From NCBI RefSeq assembly GCF_006345805.1, contig NW_021832633.1, positions 1 to 53,802 of the forward strand: DNA of 53,802 nt. The letters run 5' to 3'. Of this stretch, positions 1 to 13,209 are shown one piece after another. The stretch comes from Octopus sinensis. Lineage: Eukaryota. The first letter of the stretch is position 1, and each line of letters opens with the position of its first letter. The notes below the pieces were generated by a model. That model saw only the letters and a list, made by a program, of their open reading frames with translations. It made no database searches and had not been told where the DNA came from. A program made the translations under genes and the position numbers.

Positions 1-142
1 AAAATCGAAAATTCAAACGAAATATATATATAGATATATGCTCGTGTATATATATATATATCCATACATACATACACACATACATACATACATACATACA
101 TACATACATACATACATACATACTACATACATACATACATAT

Positions 143-320
143 ATGGTTCAAATGTACAAAAAGCAAACAACAAAGACAGATGAAAGAACAAGCAGGTGTA
201 TTAGTTTCACGCTTGGGAAGAAAGAAAAAGTCTTTGACATTTCGAGCCTACGCTCTTCGACAGAAAAGGATTCGAGATATAAAAAAATAACAATACAGAG
301 ACAGAGAGAGAATAAGTCTG
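143..320. repeat. Dispersed repeat fragment, related copy at ~19321-19458
   Basis: Shared core gtattagttt(c/g)acgct(t/c)ggga(a)...aagtcttt...tttcgagcctacg at both sites; family not identified. Confidence 0.55.
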
Positions 321-395
321 GAGTAAGAAAAAATATGTCGGGATTAACGGCTTAACGGGCACACACATGTGTATATATGTGTATATGTGTGTGCG

Positions 396-478
<83 letters not shown>

Positions 479-480
479 GA

Positions 481-568
<88 letters not shown>
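396..568. repeat. (CTAT)n microsatellite, no LINE insertion
   Basis: Long ATCT/CTAT run read directly from the sequence. Confidence 0.97.
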
Positions 569-1426
569 GCATGCATGCACAACATATACTTTTTTTTACA
601 TGTAAAACAAGATAGAAAGAAATATAGGTTACTGCAATATACATATATAAATGGAAATGTACAAAAATAGAAAACTAGAATAAGAAATATAATAAGAGAA
701 ATCTGGGAGAGGAGATATTGAAATACACAGAGGCAGTAGATTGTCTGGTGTTTGAATCGCAGTGACCATAGAATATTCACAAGTACTGCTATATTCAATG
801 TTGGCTTTATTATATTTGTACAATAGTAAATATTGATTCCCATCATTGGTTCATAGGGAACAGGTATAAGTCGTTTTTCTTTCTTACTGTATGTGATAGT
901 CAGTGCTTTCGACGACCTCGGAAAACTATATACATAATACGACTTTAACTGAAAAATATATTAGCGATCGGAATCGTTTCGTCCGGTACTCTACAAGATT
1001 GAGTCATTCCATAAGTTGTAGAATCTGTGTGTGCGTACATGTATGTTTGTATGTATACATACTGCATAGTACCATTAGGTGTTCGTTTACCTTCTTTAAT
1101 CGACCTTCACTCGAAGCAAAGTTAGACAATGCAAGAATTCATCTTGTATGGAATTCAATATGCCGTTACTCGTCTTCATAGACCCTTTTCGGGACTGTAA
1201 CTTCTCAGAGTTCTTCCTCTTAGACCATTGTATATACATTCGCACATACATACACTCATGTTTGTGATATATATAATATAATTTTCTCAACCTTCAGATT
1301 TTAATATGCTACACCACTAGTTTTAAATTGATATTAATCAAATTAATATTCAATTATTTACCCTCATTATTTTAAATTTAAATCTATATAACTATGTTCA
1401 CTCACCGGTAAAATTTACTGCCCACT

Positions 1427-1992
1427 AGTAATAGTGACGTTATGTCTCCATTCATCTCTCCCACACGGCCTCACACTCAACATGGAGGCCTTCATCAATT
1501 GCCTGAAGGAGGTAGTGCTACCCAGGGTCAAGTGGGTGGCTGCTGGAAGGCCATATACCTGGCAACATGACTCTGCACCATGACACACAAGCAGGAGAAC
1601 CTAGTCATGGCTGTCAGTCAGTTTCTGCAACCTTATCACCCCTAACATTTAGCCACCTAACTCCCCAGACTGCAACCCCCTTGATTATTATATGTGGGGC
1701 TCAGTTGAGCAAGAGACCAACAAAACTTCTTGTAACACCAAAGATGAACTGAAGGCAAGGAATATGACAGCATTCACTGACTTAAGCAAGGAGACCGCCC
1801 AGAAGAGTTGCAGGAGGTTTCAAAGTCGTCTAGAGGCTGTGGTTGAAGCCAGTGGCGATTTTATTGAATAAAATTACTCTTGAGTATTTAAAAATATTTT
1901 TATGTAATTTTAGTAAATATATCTGTTAAAATGAGATGTCTGTGTTATTTTCATTTTTGCGTAATTTAGACGACAGCTTATTCACTGCACTG
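1427..1992 (+). mobile_element. Decayed DD37D (maT-type) Tc1/mariner transposase, C-terminal part plus 3' end
   Basis: Frame from 1569 reads D-SAP*HTSRRT*SWL...*PPNSPDCNPL-D-YYMWG...RRFQSRLEAVVEASGDFIE* (stop 1869-1871). There are 37 residues between the 2nd and 3rd catalytic D, with internal stops. Confidence 0.85.
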
Positions 1993-2009
1993 TGTGCATG
2001 TGTGTGTGT

Positions 2010-2052
<43 letters not shown>

Positions 2053-3050
2053 TGCGCGCATGTATGTATATGTGTGTGTGCGTGTTTGCATGCGTTTGTG
2101 TGTATATGTGTGTGTGCGTGTGTTATATAGTACTTGCAATCATATCCTATTATTATTCTGATTCACACAATCAAAATGCTTTAAGACATTAGCATTATCT
2201 TACTTTCAAACCGCAATTGAGAATCACCTCTCATTCCAAGTTACAAAGGTAGATATGCAAACATGAACAGACAATAATGTGTACGTGATAATCTTGTCGA
2301 ACACTTACTTATTCCTGAATATACTTGTCCATATAATGCAACATTTTAGGAATATATATTGTTTTCAATCCTACATTTATTAATCGCACATACATAGTGT
2401 GTGCGTTTAATTTATACACCCATTGCTGCAGGATAGCGTCCTGGGAAAGCTACCAACATGACGCCGAGGGTTAAAGAACACTGAATGTTAGATAAACTGA
2501 CTAGAGATGATTGTTAGAGTTGCTTAATTTCGTAATTTAATTTTCTCATACATGTACTACGCCGCAACACATCAGCAAATAGACTTCATACTATTTGCAT
2601 ATTACCCTGCAGACCGGCGATTTGTTGCGTTTCGAGGTGTTTCATGTACATAGTCACAATAAAGGAAAAATATCGTGACCTATCGTTCTTGATCATCTCA
2701 AGGCAAGTTGTCTCGCTTCATCAAGGACATTCGGTGTTCATTAACACCCAGCGTCATACAGGGAGCTATCCCAGTACCTTCTTCCTCAGCAAATGGATGT
2801 ATATACACCATGTGTGTGCGACCGGTAATGATTGCATTATGAGATTACTTGTAATTCGTAACTTAAATTTTTTTATATCCATGTTACCACGTACAAGATT
2901 TAGTTACAAAGGGGATGGTTGATAGCATTCACTGCTATAATTGACTGGAATTTTTTTTATATCGAAAGCAAAGGGGTGAAAGGCAAATTTGACATCGGCG
3001 GGATTTGAAATCAGAATATACAGAGCAAAAGCATATACTGCGATATATAA

Positions 3051-3245
3051 GGTGGCGAGCTGGCAGAAACGTTACGTTCTGAGTTCAAATTCCGCCGAGG
3101 TCGACTTTGCCTTTCGTCCTTTCAGGGTCGATAAATAAAGTACCAGTTACGCACTGGGGTCGATGTAATCTACTTAATCCCTTTGTCTCTTCTTGTTTGT
3201 CCCCTCTATGTTTAGCCCCTTGAGGGCAATAAAGAAATAAGAAAC
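3051..3245 (+). mobile_element. tRNA-derived SINE, family A (ggcgagctggcagaaacg head; OK-like octopus SINE), internally deleted
   Basis: Head ggtggcgagctggcagaaacg, B-box gagttcaaattcc, body gcctttcgtcctttcagggtcgataaataaagtaccag, tail taaagaaataag; many copies in the window. Confidence 0.85.
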
Positions 3246-3548
3246 ATATCGCGATTTACTTTCTCGACCCTCTAACAATTTTGCTTGCTCGACCCCTTGT
3301 GTTTCTCAAAATTTATCATATATATATACTTAATCTAGACTCTCTTAAACACTTCTGTTTATTATTGAATTACGAAAGATTATTGAAATCAGGATGCTAT
3401 TTTAATAAATTTACCAAACATAATTTTAATGCTACAATTCGTTTTAAGACACAGTTGCATTTCAACCCCAAAACCAATTCCTCTATTTTCATTCTTGCAC
3501 AGAAACATATCTCTTTCACTCCATATATATAGATATATATGTGTGTGT

Positions 3549-3580
<32 letters not shown>

Positions 3581-4259
3581 ATGCCACTTTGTATATACAG
3601 ATCCCACCTTCACAGGCGCACGTATATTTGTATAAAAAGAAAGCGAGAGAAACTGATATAAACATGTAATGTGCATGTGCTTATCTGTTATTAAAATGTT
3701 GCCCGTTTCGGTTATATTAACAAAGACTACTTCATAATAGTTGCTTAGCAATCCTTTATGCTTTGTTTGGAACCATAAATTTCCTATGTGCATCGACTAC
3801 TTCAGATGTTCCCTGTCTTATCTCCTGGATGAAAGAATTTTAGTAGCATTCCTTATTGCTGTTTTATTGAAGCCAGGAATCGCAGAAACATAGTTGTATC
3901 TGTTACTTATTTAGATTTTTCATTTTCCACTCGTTGACGTTAGATTTACTTCGGCAATTAGCAATTATGTTTTACTGTGATTTTCTGCAGTAGCTTGTAA
4001 CTGGATGCACCATCTGTGAGTTAGATTTTGCGTTATATATATCTATTCATATAACTTATGTGAGTAATCATGGATTTGTCTGTATTTTGTATTAGATTGT
4101 TTTGCTATCAACTAGTGAAGTTTTGTTTTCCTGCATTTTGTTTCTAGAATGTTATACGTCCCACTTTATCCTTTTCGTAGATGCTTAGTCAGCCAGCGAT
4201 ATAATGTAGATGTATTTCCTATTTCTGTATCTCTGCTGCCTTGTAGATAGACTTTTTAG

Positions 4260-4600
4260 TCAAAGGCTCCGGGTAGGGTCTCCTAAGCTAACCCCCTACT
4301 CCGGCCTAGGCAACCGGGTAGTATACGCCTACTGAAAACCATGGATCCTTTTCTCTCTTTCGCCATGGTTTGGATGGAATGGACAGGAGGGGCTCGTCAG
4401 CCATGGTTGGCAACCCTCCGAGGAGAGGATAACTCCGACTTCAAACCTACGGTCCGAGGATCTTGCTGTTACAGTCCCAGCTCGCTAGGCCATGGCAGAT
4501 GAACTTCGTGCTTAAAGGGTGGGCCCAGTTTCCGCGCACTGCACTTCACCTTAAAAACTCCCTAGCGCAGGCCAAAGGACATGTCCACGTTCTGTGACCA
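4260..4600 (+). mobile_element. GC-rich segment resembling an RTE-clade LINE 5' leader
   Basis: gggctcgtcagccatggttggcaaccctccgaggagaggataactccgacttcaaacc resembles, from memory, RTE leaders of the ggcaacc...aggagaaggaaaactct...ttcaaacc type; not verified. Confidence 0.4.
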
Positions 4601-4619
4601 GCCATCATCTCCTATGTAA

Positions 4620-5990
4620 TACTTACTTGTAACATGAATGTAAAAGATACTTGCATTTCCAATATAATGTAAGAGATATGAATTCTATAACTGATTTTTT
4701 ATCACAATTTCTTAGCACTGTTAGTCATCTAAAGTGCTGTTGCAAAACTATTCTCTTCTACGATATAAAAGACAATAGCATGATGATGCTGAAGAATTCT
4801 AAAATGCACAAGGTCTCTGTTCATGGAAGTACAACGGGAGATGTTGCTAACGGAATAAAGGGAGTATTATCTTTATACAAGTAAGAGCTGCTAGAAGTGT
4901 CAGTAAATATATTTGATGTAGAGAAGGAAGAGTATGGAATACATTACCTTCAAGTACACCAAGTTTTGTAGAATGAAAGTTAAGAAGGTTTCTGTCAGCA
5001 AACGTTAAGATTATTGCGTTTTTGGCAGGAAGTTTCTTTTCAGTGAGACAAGGCTAGAGACGATAGGTTAGAAACATGGGTAGGAAATATTCATTCCAGA
5101 TGCAACCGAAACCACTGTTCGGGTCAAATGCGTCAAGATTGTTTTCTCGAAAGCTCTGAGAAAATACTGATGAATTAAATAAGAGAGCACACCTTGGATA
5201 GAGCCTTATCCGTGGAGGGGTCAATTAGGAGAACTGAAACTAATGGAATAAGAGATTATCAACATCTATTTCCATTATGTTTCAGATGTTGGTTGAGAGA
5301 ACAATATGTTTCTAGAAATCAGGATCAGAGGCTTTAACAGCGTTTCTTTTCTCTTTACCAAAAGTATGATTACTTTTCATGTTGAGAGAGTTAGGAGAAG
5401 TGAAAGAGATTGAAATTTTGCGATTAAGAAAGTTTGGTTTGAAGCGCAGTGTTTGAGAGTGATTCAAAATGCTCTGTAAGAATTATTCCTCTTGACGGGC
5501 TGGAGTTACGAATGAAAATTTAGCTTACAGATAGTACGTTGAGACTACGAGCGTGAAGAAAGAGAATTTGAGGTAAACTATGATTAATGTGTATATATAT
5601 ATATATTGAAGTAAAGCGAGCAACTCTTGCTGAAGTGTTCTCAATAGGAACTCTGCTAAAAGAGCCATCCTACTCGACAGAAGGTGGACAGGAAGATTCT
5701 CAAAAGTTAGCAAGGTCATTTTGGACAAGAGACCAAAAACCTTGGCAGCACCTTGAGGAAGGCAGAGCATATGGGTGTTCACTGCATGACACCATTCTTT
5801 GCATTTTTGATGCTCGCTTTGCAGACTTTTCAAGAAATCCTGCTGTTTTTGATATTAATATTGATGCTGGGGATGATATTCGACTTCTTACAGCTCGTAG
5901 GTAGTATCCTTGTCCAAATGTCTGTCTCAAAAGTGTGGGAAAATGATTTGAGGTTTCGGGTATAAGGGCTTTGATTTTATAAAAAGAAAT
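4620..5990 (-). pseudogene. Highly decayed CR1-group (Zenon-like) LINE ORF2 fragment
   Basis: Minus-strand remnants in the expected order: FWSLVQNDLANF*ESSCPP...DGS (~5740-5670); GVLEGNVFH/TLFLLYI (~4960-4915), matching GVPQGSVL.PTLFLLYIN; LYKDNT (~4880-4863), a degenerate YADD. Confidence 0.6.
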
Positions 5991-6121
5991 GAAGGTTATC
6001 TTGGAGGAGAGGTTTCAATACCCCGCTGAGTTGTCGGACGGCTTGGAGAGAAAAACATATTTACTGCTTGAAGTGGTCGGCACAAAACTATCGAAGCCTG
6101 TACCAGTAAATTAACTTAAAT

Positions 6122-6391
6122 GGCACTCCGTCGGTTACGACAATGAGCATTCCAGTTGACCCGATCAACGGAACATCCTGATCATGAAATTAACATGCAA
6201 GTAGCTGATCACTCCACAGACTCACATACATTAAACGTAGTTCTCCTACAGATAAAACACATCTTTGTTCGTTGTGTGAACTGGAGCGACTTGAAATAAA
6301 GTAACTCGCTCAAGAACACAATGAGCACTTGAGAATCGATTTCACGACCTTACGCCGTGAGCCGTATTCTCTAACCACTGAGCCACGCACC
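6122..6391 (-). mobile_element. tRNA-derived SINE with family C head/core and the family D tail
   Basis: Head ggtgcgtggctcagtggttagag, core ttgtgttcttgagcgagttactttatttca, tail ...tcgtaaccgacggagtgc shared with 44073-44447. Confidence 0.7.
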
Positions 6392-6599
6392 GTCACAAAT
6401 TACGGGTAATCTGCATTGATTAGACAGTGATTAAATATCCGATAAATACAAAAAAGTTGATGATTGGGTAAAAGCCGACGGGGGTGAGCAAGACAACAAA
6501 ACTATTCCTGCTGAGTGCTTATGAGCGATACGGGTGGGTAGAGGTGAATAGTAAGACGGACAAATAGAAGTGAATAAAATTTACTGATAATATTGGTTT

Positions 6600-7020
6600 C
6601 AATTTTTGGCACAAGGCCAGCAATTCTGGAGTTGAAGTAAGTCGATTACATCAACCCCCTACCGGTACTTATTTTATAGAGCCCCGAAAGAAAAAGTCGA
6701 ACTCCGTGGAAATTCATTCCTAAAGTAAAAACAAGCGAAATATCGCTAACCATTTTGCTCGGCGTACTAAAGGTTCTGCCAGATCGCTGCCCTGTTTGGT
6801 AATAGTGGTTCCATTGTCCTCTCTGTGTTTATCCCCTTGTGGGTAGTAAAGAAATAGGTAAAAGTGGTTCCAAATTTCAGCACAACTCTAACAATTTTGA
6901 ATGAGTGAGATAAGTCGATTACATCGACTCCAGTGCTCAAATGGTACTTATGTCATGTACCTCGTAAGGATGAAGGGCAAAGCCGACCTCAGCAGAACTT
7001 GAATTCGTAAGGTAAATACT
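6600..7020 (-). mobile_element. Two decayed family A SINE fragments
   Basis: aagtcgattacatc(a/g)acccc, gttctgccagatcgctgcc and ggcaaagccgacctcagcagaacttgaa motifs. Confidence 0.6.
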
Positions 7021-7283
7021 TGGTAATATTGATATTAATAGGAGTTCGTTGTTAATGTTGTTGCTATGGCACACTCACGCGCGCGCACACACACTTGCTC
7101 TCTCTCTCTCTATCATTCTCTCTTTCTCTCTCTCTCACACACACACGCAGAGACACTCACACAGAGAAGCACACACACGTACAAACAGATATGTGTTAAC
7201 ACAGGCATACATATATTATGAATACATTGCGTATTTATTTATCTATCTATCTGTCTGTCTGTCTGTCTGTCTGCCTGTCTGTA

Positions 7284-7357
<74 letters not shown>

Positions 7358-7451
7358 CCTAGGTATCTATCTATATAGCCAGTTAGCTGTCTCTCTGTCT
7401 ATCTCTCTGTCTGTCTGTCTATGCATCTAGGTATCTATCTGTTTCTGTCTT

Positions 7452-7832
7452 AGGCGCCGGAGTGGCTGCGTAGTAAGCAGCTTGCTTACCAGCCACATAG
7501 TCCCGGGTTCATTCCCACCGCGTGGCACTATGTGTGAGTAACTTCTACTATAGCCTCAGGCCGACCAAAGCCTTGTGCGTGGATTTGGTAGACGGAAATT
7601 GAAAGAAGCCCGTCGTATATGTGTGTGCATGTGTATGTTTATGTGTCTGTGTTTGTTTCCTCATCATCACTTGATAACCGATGTTGGTGTATTCCCGTCC
7701 CCGTAACTTAGCCTATTCGGCAAAAGAGACCCAACGAATAAGTAGTAGGCTTAGAAAGATTAAATCCTAGGGTCGATTTGTTCGAATAAAGGCGGTACTC
7801 CAGCATGCCCGCAGTCAAATGACTGAAACAAA
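7452..7832 (+). mobile_element. tRNA-derived SINE, family B (aggcgcaggagtggctgtgtggtaag head, internal microsatellite)
   Basis: Head aggcgccggagtggctgcgtagtaagc, B-box gggttcattccc, body ggatttggtagacggaaattgaaagaagcccgtcg, tail gtcaaatgactgaaaca. Confidence 0.85.
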
Positions 7833-7859
7833 TAATAACATAATGGAATATAAAACTAT

Positions 7860-8238
7860 ACATGAAAACATACATACACGCATACATACATACATACATA
7901 CATACATACATACATCATACGTACATACGTACATACATACATTCATACATACATACATACATACATACATTCATACATACATACATACATATATACATAT
8001 ATATATAAATATATATTACATACAAACATACATACACATACATACATACACATACATATATATACATACATACAAACATACATACACATGCATACATATA
8101 TACATTCATACATATATACATACATAAAAACATATATATATACATACATATATACCTACATACATATATACATACATACATATATACATACATACATACA
8201 TACATACATACATACATACATACATACATACATGCATG

Positions 8239-8272
<34 letters not shown>

Positions 8273-8426
8273 TTCGTGTATAAGTTTATGTACATCTCTG
8301 CATCAAATACGACAATCAGTATTTTACTAACCACAAGAATACGAGCACTTGCTTCTTCGAAGCTGTTTCATTTCTTTATTTCTATATTCTTTCGTTATTT
8401 ATTCTTTTGTTTTTATTGTGTGTATA

Positions 8427-8467
<41 letters not shown>

Positions 8468-8563
8468 TACATACATAAATACTTACATACATGCATACAT
8501 ATATATACATATATACATACATACATGCATACATATATATATAATATATATATATACATACAT

Positions 8564-8608
<45 letters not shown>

Positions 8609-8620
8609 TATGTATGTATG
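7860..8620. repeat. Compound (CATA)n/(TA)n/(CA)n microsatellite blocks
   Basis: Read directly; the overlapping ORFs are repeat artefacts. Confidence 0.95.
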
Positions 8621-8938
8621 TATTATTTATTTGTCTTTATGTCTTTATTTCTCTTCGTTTGTGTTTCTATGTTCTTGTACACGTCTGTATATTTTCATGT
8701 TCCTCTTCCAATGCTCTGTCTCAAATTTTCCATTCGATTATCTCACTCACTCACTCACTCACTCACTCCCTCCCTTAATCGTTCGCTCTTCTCGCACAAA
8801 ACCTCTCGTTATTCTCCTCTCCTCTCCTTCTTACTCTCCCGCCCATTCTCTGCCCGTTATCGCCCTGTAATCTAAACGGCATCTTTATGAAGTAAACTAT
8901 CCCTTGTTCGCTCCCATACTCAATAACTGAAGACAAAC

Positions 8939-9200
8939 CTGAGCTTTACGATCGAATGCACGAGATAAGAGAGCGTCCATTACTTTCATTATCTCTTCCC
9001 AGTTTGTCAGACAAGATTCTTTTTCCGTCTCTCATTTTCACTTCCAACCACTGTCACTACATTCTCTACGCACGCTTCTACGTCCTCCACGTTTTCTCCA
9101 CCGCCCTTTTAATTCTGTTACTGCTTTCCCGCCATTTTGTGCATTGTACTCTCCGCCATCTTCTTCTTCTTCTGCTCCGTCGTTCGCCCTAAACAACATA
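8939..9200 (-). promoter_or_regulatory. Candidate promoter and first exon of a minus-strand host gene
   Basis: CpG-retaining unique island with AAGATGGCGG (9162-9153) and AAAATGGCGG (9138-9129) YY1-type motifs, a short ORF MKVMDALLSRAFDRKAQ (8989-8939), then a CAG|GTTTGT donor. Confidence 0.4.
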
Positions 9201-9309
9201 AGCGCACAAAGGCAACGAAATCGGACGCAGAAAACTTGAAATATCGCCTCACACGCACACGAATATAGATAGACAGCTATCAAACGAAAGCAGATATATG
9301 CACATATGC

Positions 9310-9372
9310 AAACGCATACACATACACCACGTACATCATATACATATATATATATATACATACACACACACA

Positions 9373-9428
<56 letters not shown>

Positions 9429-9576
9429 ATGTGTGTGTTGTATATATATATAGTATAATATACAACATATGTGTGTATATATACATATATATATATGTGT
9501 GTATATATATATATATATATTATATACATATATAAATATAGATACATATATATATATATATATATATAATATATAT

Positions 9577-9611
<35 letters not shown>

Positions 9612-10096
9612 CATATATATATAATATATATATATATATATAATCATATATACATATACATATATAGATATTATATACGCACGCACACACAGACACACCA
9701 CAGCACACTCAAGCACACACCACACACCCCACACATACACGAACACACACACACACTCAGAAATACATTTCGCAAGATGTCTATCTATTTGTCTGAACGT
9801 TATACGAATGCCCTTTTACCAGCCGGCACTGAGTTATTCGCCGAATCTATACGAATGTATGACACACAGACATTGTTTAACCAGTACACGTGCTCACGCA
9901 AGCACACACACACACACCACACACACCACCACACACCACACACACGTACACACACACGCGCGCACAAACACACAATCAAGCACGCACACGCACTCATATG
10001 CAAAGCTATTATATAAATATATGTGTGTATGCGTGCGTTCGTATGTATGCGTTAACGTATCTCTATCATTTGACTATGTATGAATGCGTGTATATT

Positions 10097-10136
<40 letters not shown>

Positions 10137-10271
10137 ATACACACACAAACACGCACAGACTCACACACATGTATGTGTGTATATATACATATGTATATAT
10201 ACATACATACATACATGCATATATATATATATATATATATATCACATTCGTACATATATATACATATATAC

Positions 10272-10313
<42 letters not shown>

Positions 10314-11062
10314 ATATTATATATATATATTATATATATATATATATATATAATACACATACATTGCGAGTATCGATATGTATGCGTATCGTGTATTTAT
10401 GCACAACTTAGAGACACATACGCAAATCTGGAAATCTTCCTCGGAAAAGTCGATACAAAGAAGACATCAAGTGTTTCGATATAGTCTTCATGACCTCCAC
10501 ATGAAGATATCAAATATGATCGCCTTTCTCATCCTCTTACATCCACGCCGACTGGATTTTATTATCTGATTCCCTAACCACACACACACACATACACAAA
10601 CATAGATGCACCTACAACAATGCATAGACGAAAATTTCACATGCTATCCGAAATATGAATACACACGAAACACGTTATACAATAGGCTATAAACTGCCCT
10701 GCCAGCAGGCCTCGATTTTAAGCTTAGAGCTATTTTCCTCCGCTTTCACAGTTAATGACCACGGGAAACTCATGAACGATATAACTCTTCCTTCCTTCCA
10801 TATCCAATGAAAGTAAATGGTGCTGAACGCCAGTTAATACAAACGCTTGCATCGTTACAATCTCTACAAGAATCTTCTTCATAAATCAACTTCCAGACAC
10901 AAATATATACATACATACATACATACATACATACGTATATATATATATATATGTATGAGTGTGTGTGTGTATATATATATTATACATACATATATATACA
11001 CATATATATATATACATATATATACATACATACATATATATATTATACATATATATACATAC

Positions 11063-11093
<31 letters not shown>

Positions 11094-11104
11094 CATATAT
11101 ATAC

Positions 11105-11136
<32 letters not shown>

Positions 11137-11200
11137 GTATACGTACATGTGTATGTGTGTGTGTTGTGTGCGTGTGTGTATCTATATGTATGTATGTCAT
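9310..11200. repeat. Multiple (TA)n/(CA)n/(CT)n/(CATA)n microsatellite blocks with short unique spacers
   Basis: Read directly. Confidence 0.9.
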
Positions 11201-11335
11201 TGATTAGTTTTGTTTCAAGATTTCTTGCAAAACCTAGATTCAAGGCTCCTTCATTGGAATTTCAACATTAACAGTAAGGTATTTTTGTTTGTACGTATGT
11301 ATGAATGTATGTATGTATGTATGTATGTATGTATG

Positions 11336-11368
<33 letters not shown>

Positions 11369-11860
11369 GTGCAGATTTTTATGTTTTGCTTTATGTATGT
11401 ATTCTCATGCATATAGTTGCATATCTAGACATGCTCGTATATATTTAAATGATAAACTCCTGGAAAATTTTACAGATTTTTACAGTATCAGTGATGGATT
11501 GGAACTGTAGTCTTCGAACTAGCTTTGTACTTTCTGGTTTTGAGAAGCCTAATTTCTCAAATGGAATGTAGACAGTCTGTTACATATCCCTGGGCCCCAA
11601 TAATTACAGATATACATCTGAACTTGTAATCTGGATAGAGTAACTTCAGATTTCTCAATAGTTCAACGTAGGTGTTCTATTTTTCACTGATCGTCAGCTT
11701 TATGCTAACATCCGCTGGGCAGTTAATTTCCACAACTGTGCAGTTTCTCTTCTCTATTCCAAATCATTATGTCAGGTCCGTTGTGCTTACATTATATTGA
11801 GGTTTTCACGAAGACATTCCACCAGTACTTCTTTGCATCGTGAGTGGCTATGGCTTCTAC
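11369..11860 (-). mobile_element. 5'-truncated R4/Dong-clade non-LTR retrotransposon 3' end (REL endonuclease remnant plus 3' UTR)
   Basis: Minus strand reads KKYWWNVFVKTSIICKHNGPDIMIWNREEK(fs)CTVVEINCPAD...EK*NTYVELLRNLKLLYPDYKF...IIGAQG, the PD-(D/E)xK REL pattern. It is flanked by (TATG)n at ~11295-11368 and 11862-11927. Confidence 0.72.
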
Positions 11861-12570
11861 CATGTATGTATGTATGTATGTATGTATGTATGTATGTATG
11901 TATGTATGTATGTATGTATGTATGTATGCTCTCCTCTTTGTAATTTAGAATAAATTTTGATCGGCCACCTACTTGTTAGCAAGGTTGCAAAGGAAAGTAT
12001 CTTGTATTAACCATCAGTCTTGAAATCTTAAGAATATAGATTTTTACAGCCCCATATCTCGTGATCGTTTGTAGTATATAAATTGAGGATTTGCATTCTC
12101 TCTCCAAGATCCCAGGTTCAGTCATCTTTTGCTCCAGACGGGTTTATGCATCTTGTTCCAATAATAATGAATATGAATGTGAAAGTCTAACTTGGATACT
12201 GGATTCGCAAACTCATTATCAATAGTCCATAGATTTTTTTTTTTCCAGTTTTCTAATCACATTCGTGTACAGGGGAAGGCAAGCATGCCGAAACTTCGAA
12301 GTCACTTTCAACAAATTCTTTGTACAAGTTAAAAAAAATATGCTCATTGCTAAAATTATTTAGTAATCCTTCAGTTTAATTATAAATCGCTTACAAGACT
12401 TGACATATAAAAAAACAAACATTAATATGCATATATATTCACATATGTATACATATAAACACATACACGCACGCACACACACACACACACACTCACACAC
12501 ACACACAAACACACAAATACATGTATATGATATATGTATATTATATAAATTATATTATATAATATATAAA

Positions 12571-12945
12571 AGGTGGCGAGCTGGCAGAAACGTTAGCACG
12601 CCAGGCGAAATGCTTAGCGGTATTTCCTCTGCCACTACGTTCTGAGTTCAAATTCCGCCGAGGTCAACTTTGCCTTTCATCCTTTCGGGGTCGATTAAAT
12701 ACGCACTGGTTCGATATACTCAACTTAATCCATTTGTTTTTCCCCTCTGTGTGTAGTCCCTTGTGGGTAGTAAAGAAATAGGTATTTCGTCTGCCGCCAC
12801 TGTCTGACTTCAAATTCTGCCGTGGTCGGCTTTGCCTTTCATCCATTCGGGGTCAATAAATTAAGTACCAGTGAAATACTGTTGTCAATGTAATCGACTA
12901 GTCCCTTTCTCCCAAACTTCAGGCCCTTTGCTTTCAGCATAAAGG
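12571..12945 (+). mobile_element. Family A SINE dimer (one head, two bodies)
   Basis: Head at 12571; the body restarts at the aaagaaata|ggtatttcgtctg junction (~12781). Confidence 0.85.
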
Positions 12946-13209
12946 ATTATATTACATTATATATATATATATATATATATACAGAAAGAGAGAGTGGGGT
13001 GAGACAGCAAGCACACGTCATTGGCCAGGCCTAAGAAGGCCGAAGCACAGGGGCTATTTTTTATGCCCCACACCTACATATATTTATGTTTCTTTTTTAA
13101 AACACAGCGCTTCTATAACATAATCCAAGGCGAAAACCGTTGTATTTGGCCTGACAACGGTATATATATGCTACAAGTATGTTACAAAGTGTGCTACAAA
13201 GATGGCTAT

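Noticed and set aside
559-846. Hydrophobic 95-aa minus-strand ORF as a membrane protein or GPCR exon
   Set aside because: The hydrophobicity follows from the purine-rich plus strand; there is no family motif or convincing splice site.
12270-12310. Hammerhead-like stem+GAAAC motifs of Penelope type (also minus strand at ~235-265 and ~19410-19435)
   Set aside because: The essential CUGA core is absent in all three (e.g. caggggaaggc...gccgaaac). At most these are decayed relics.
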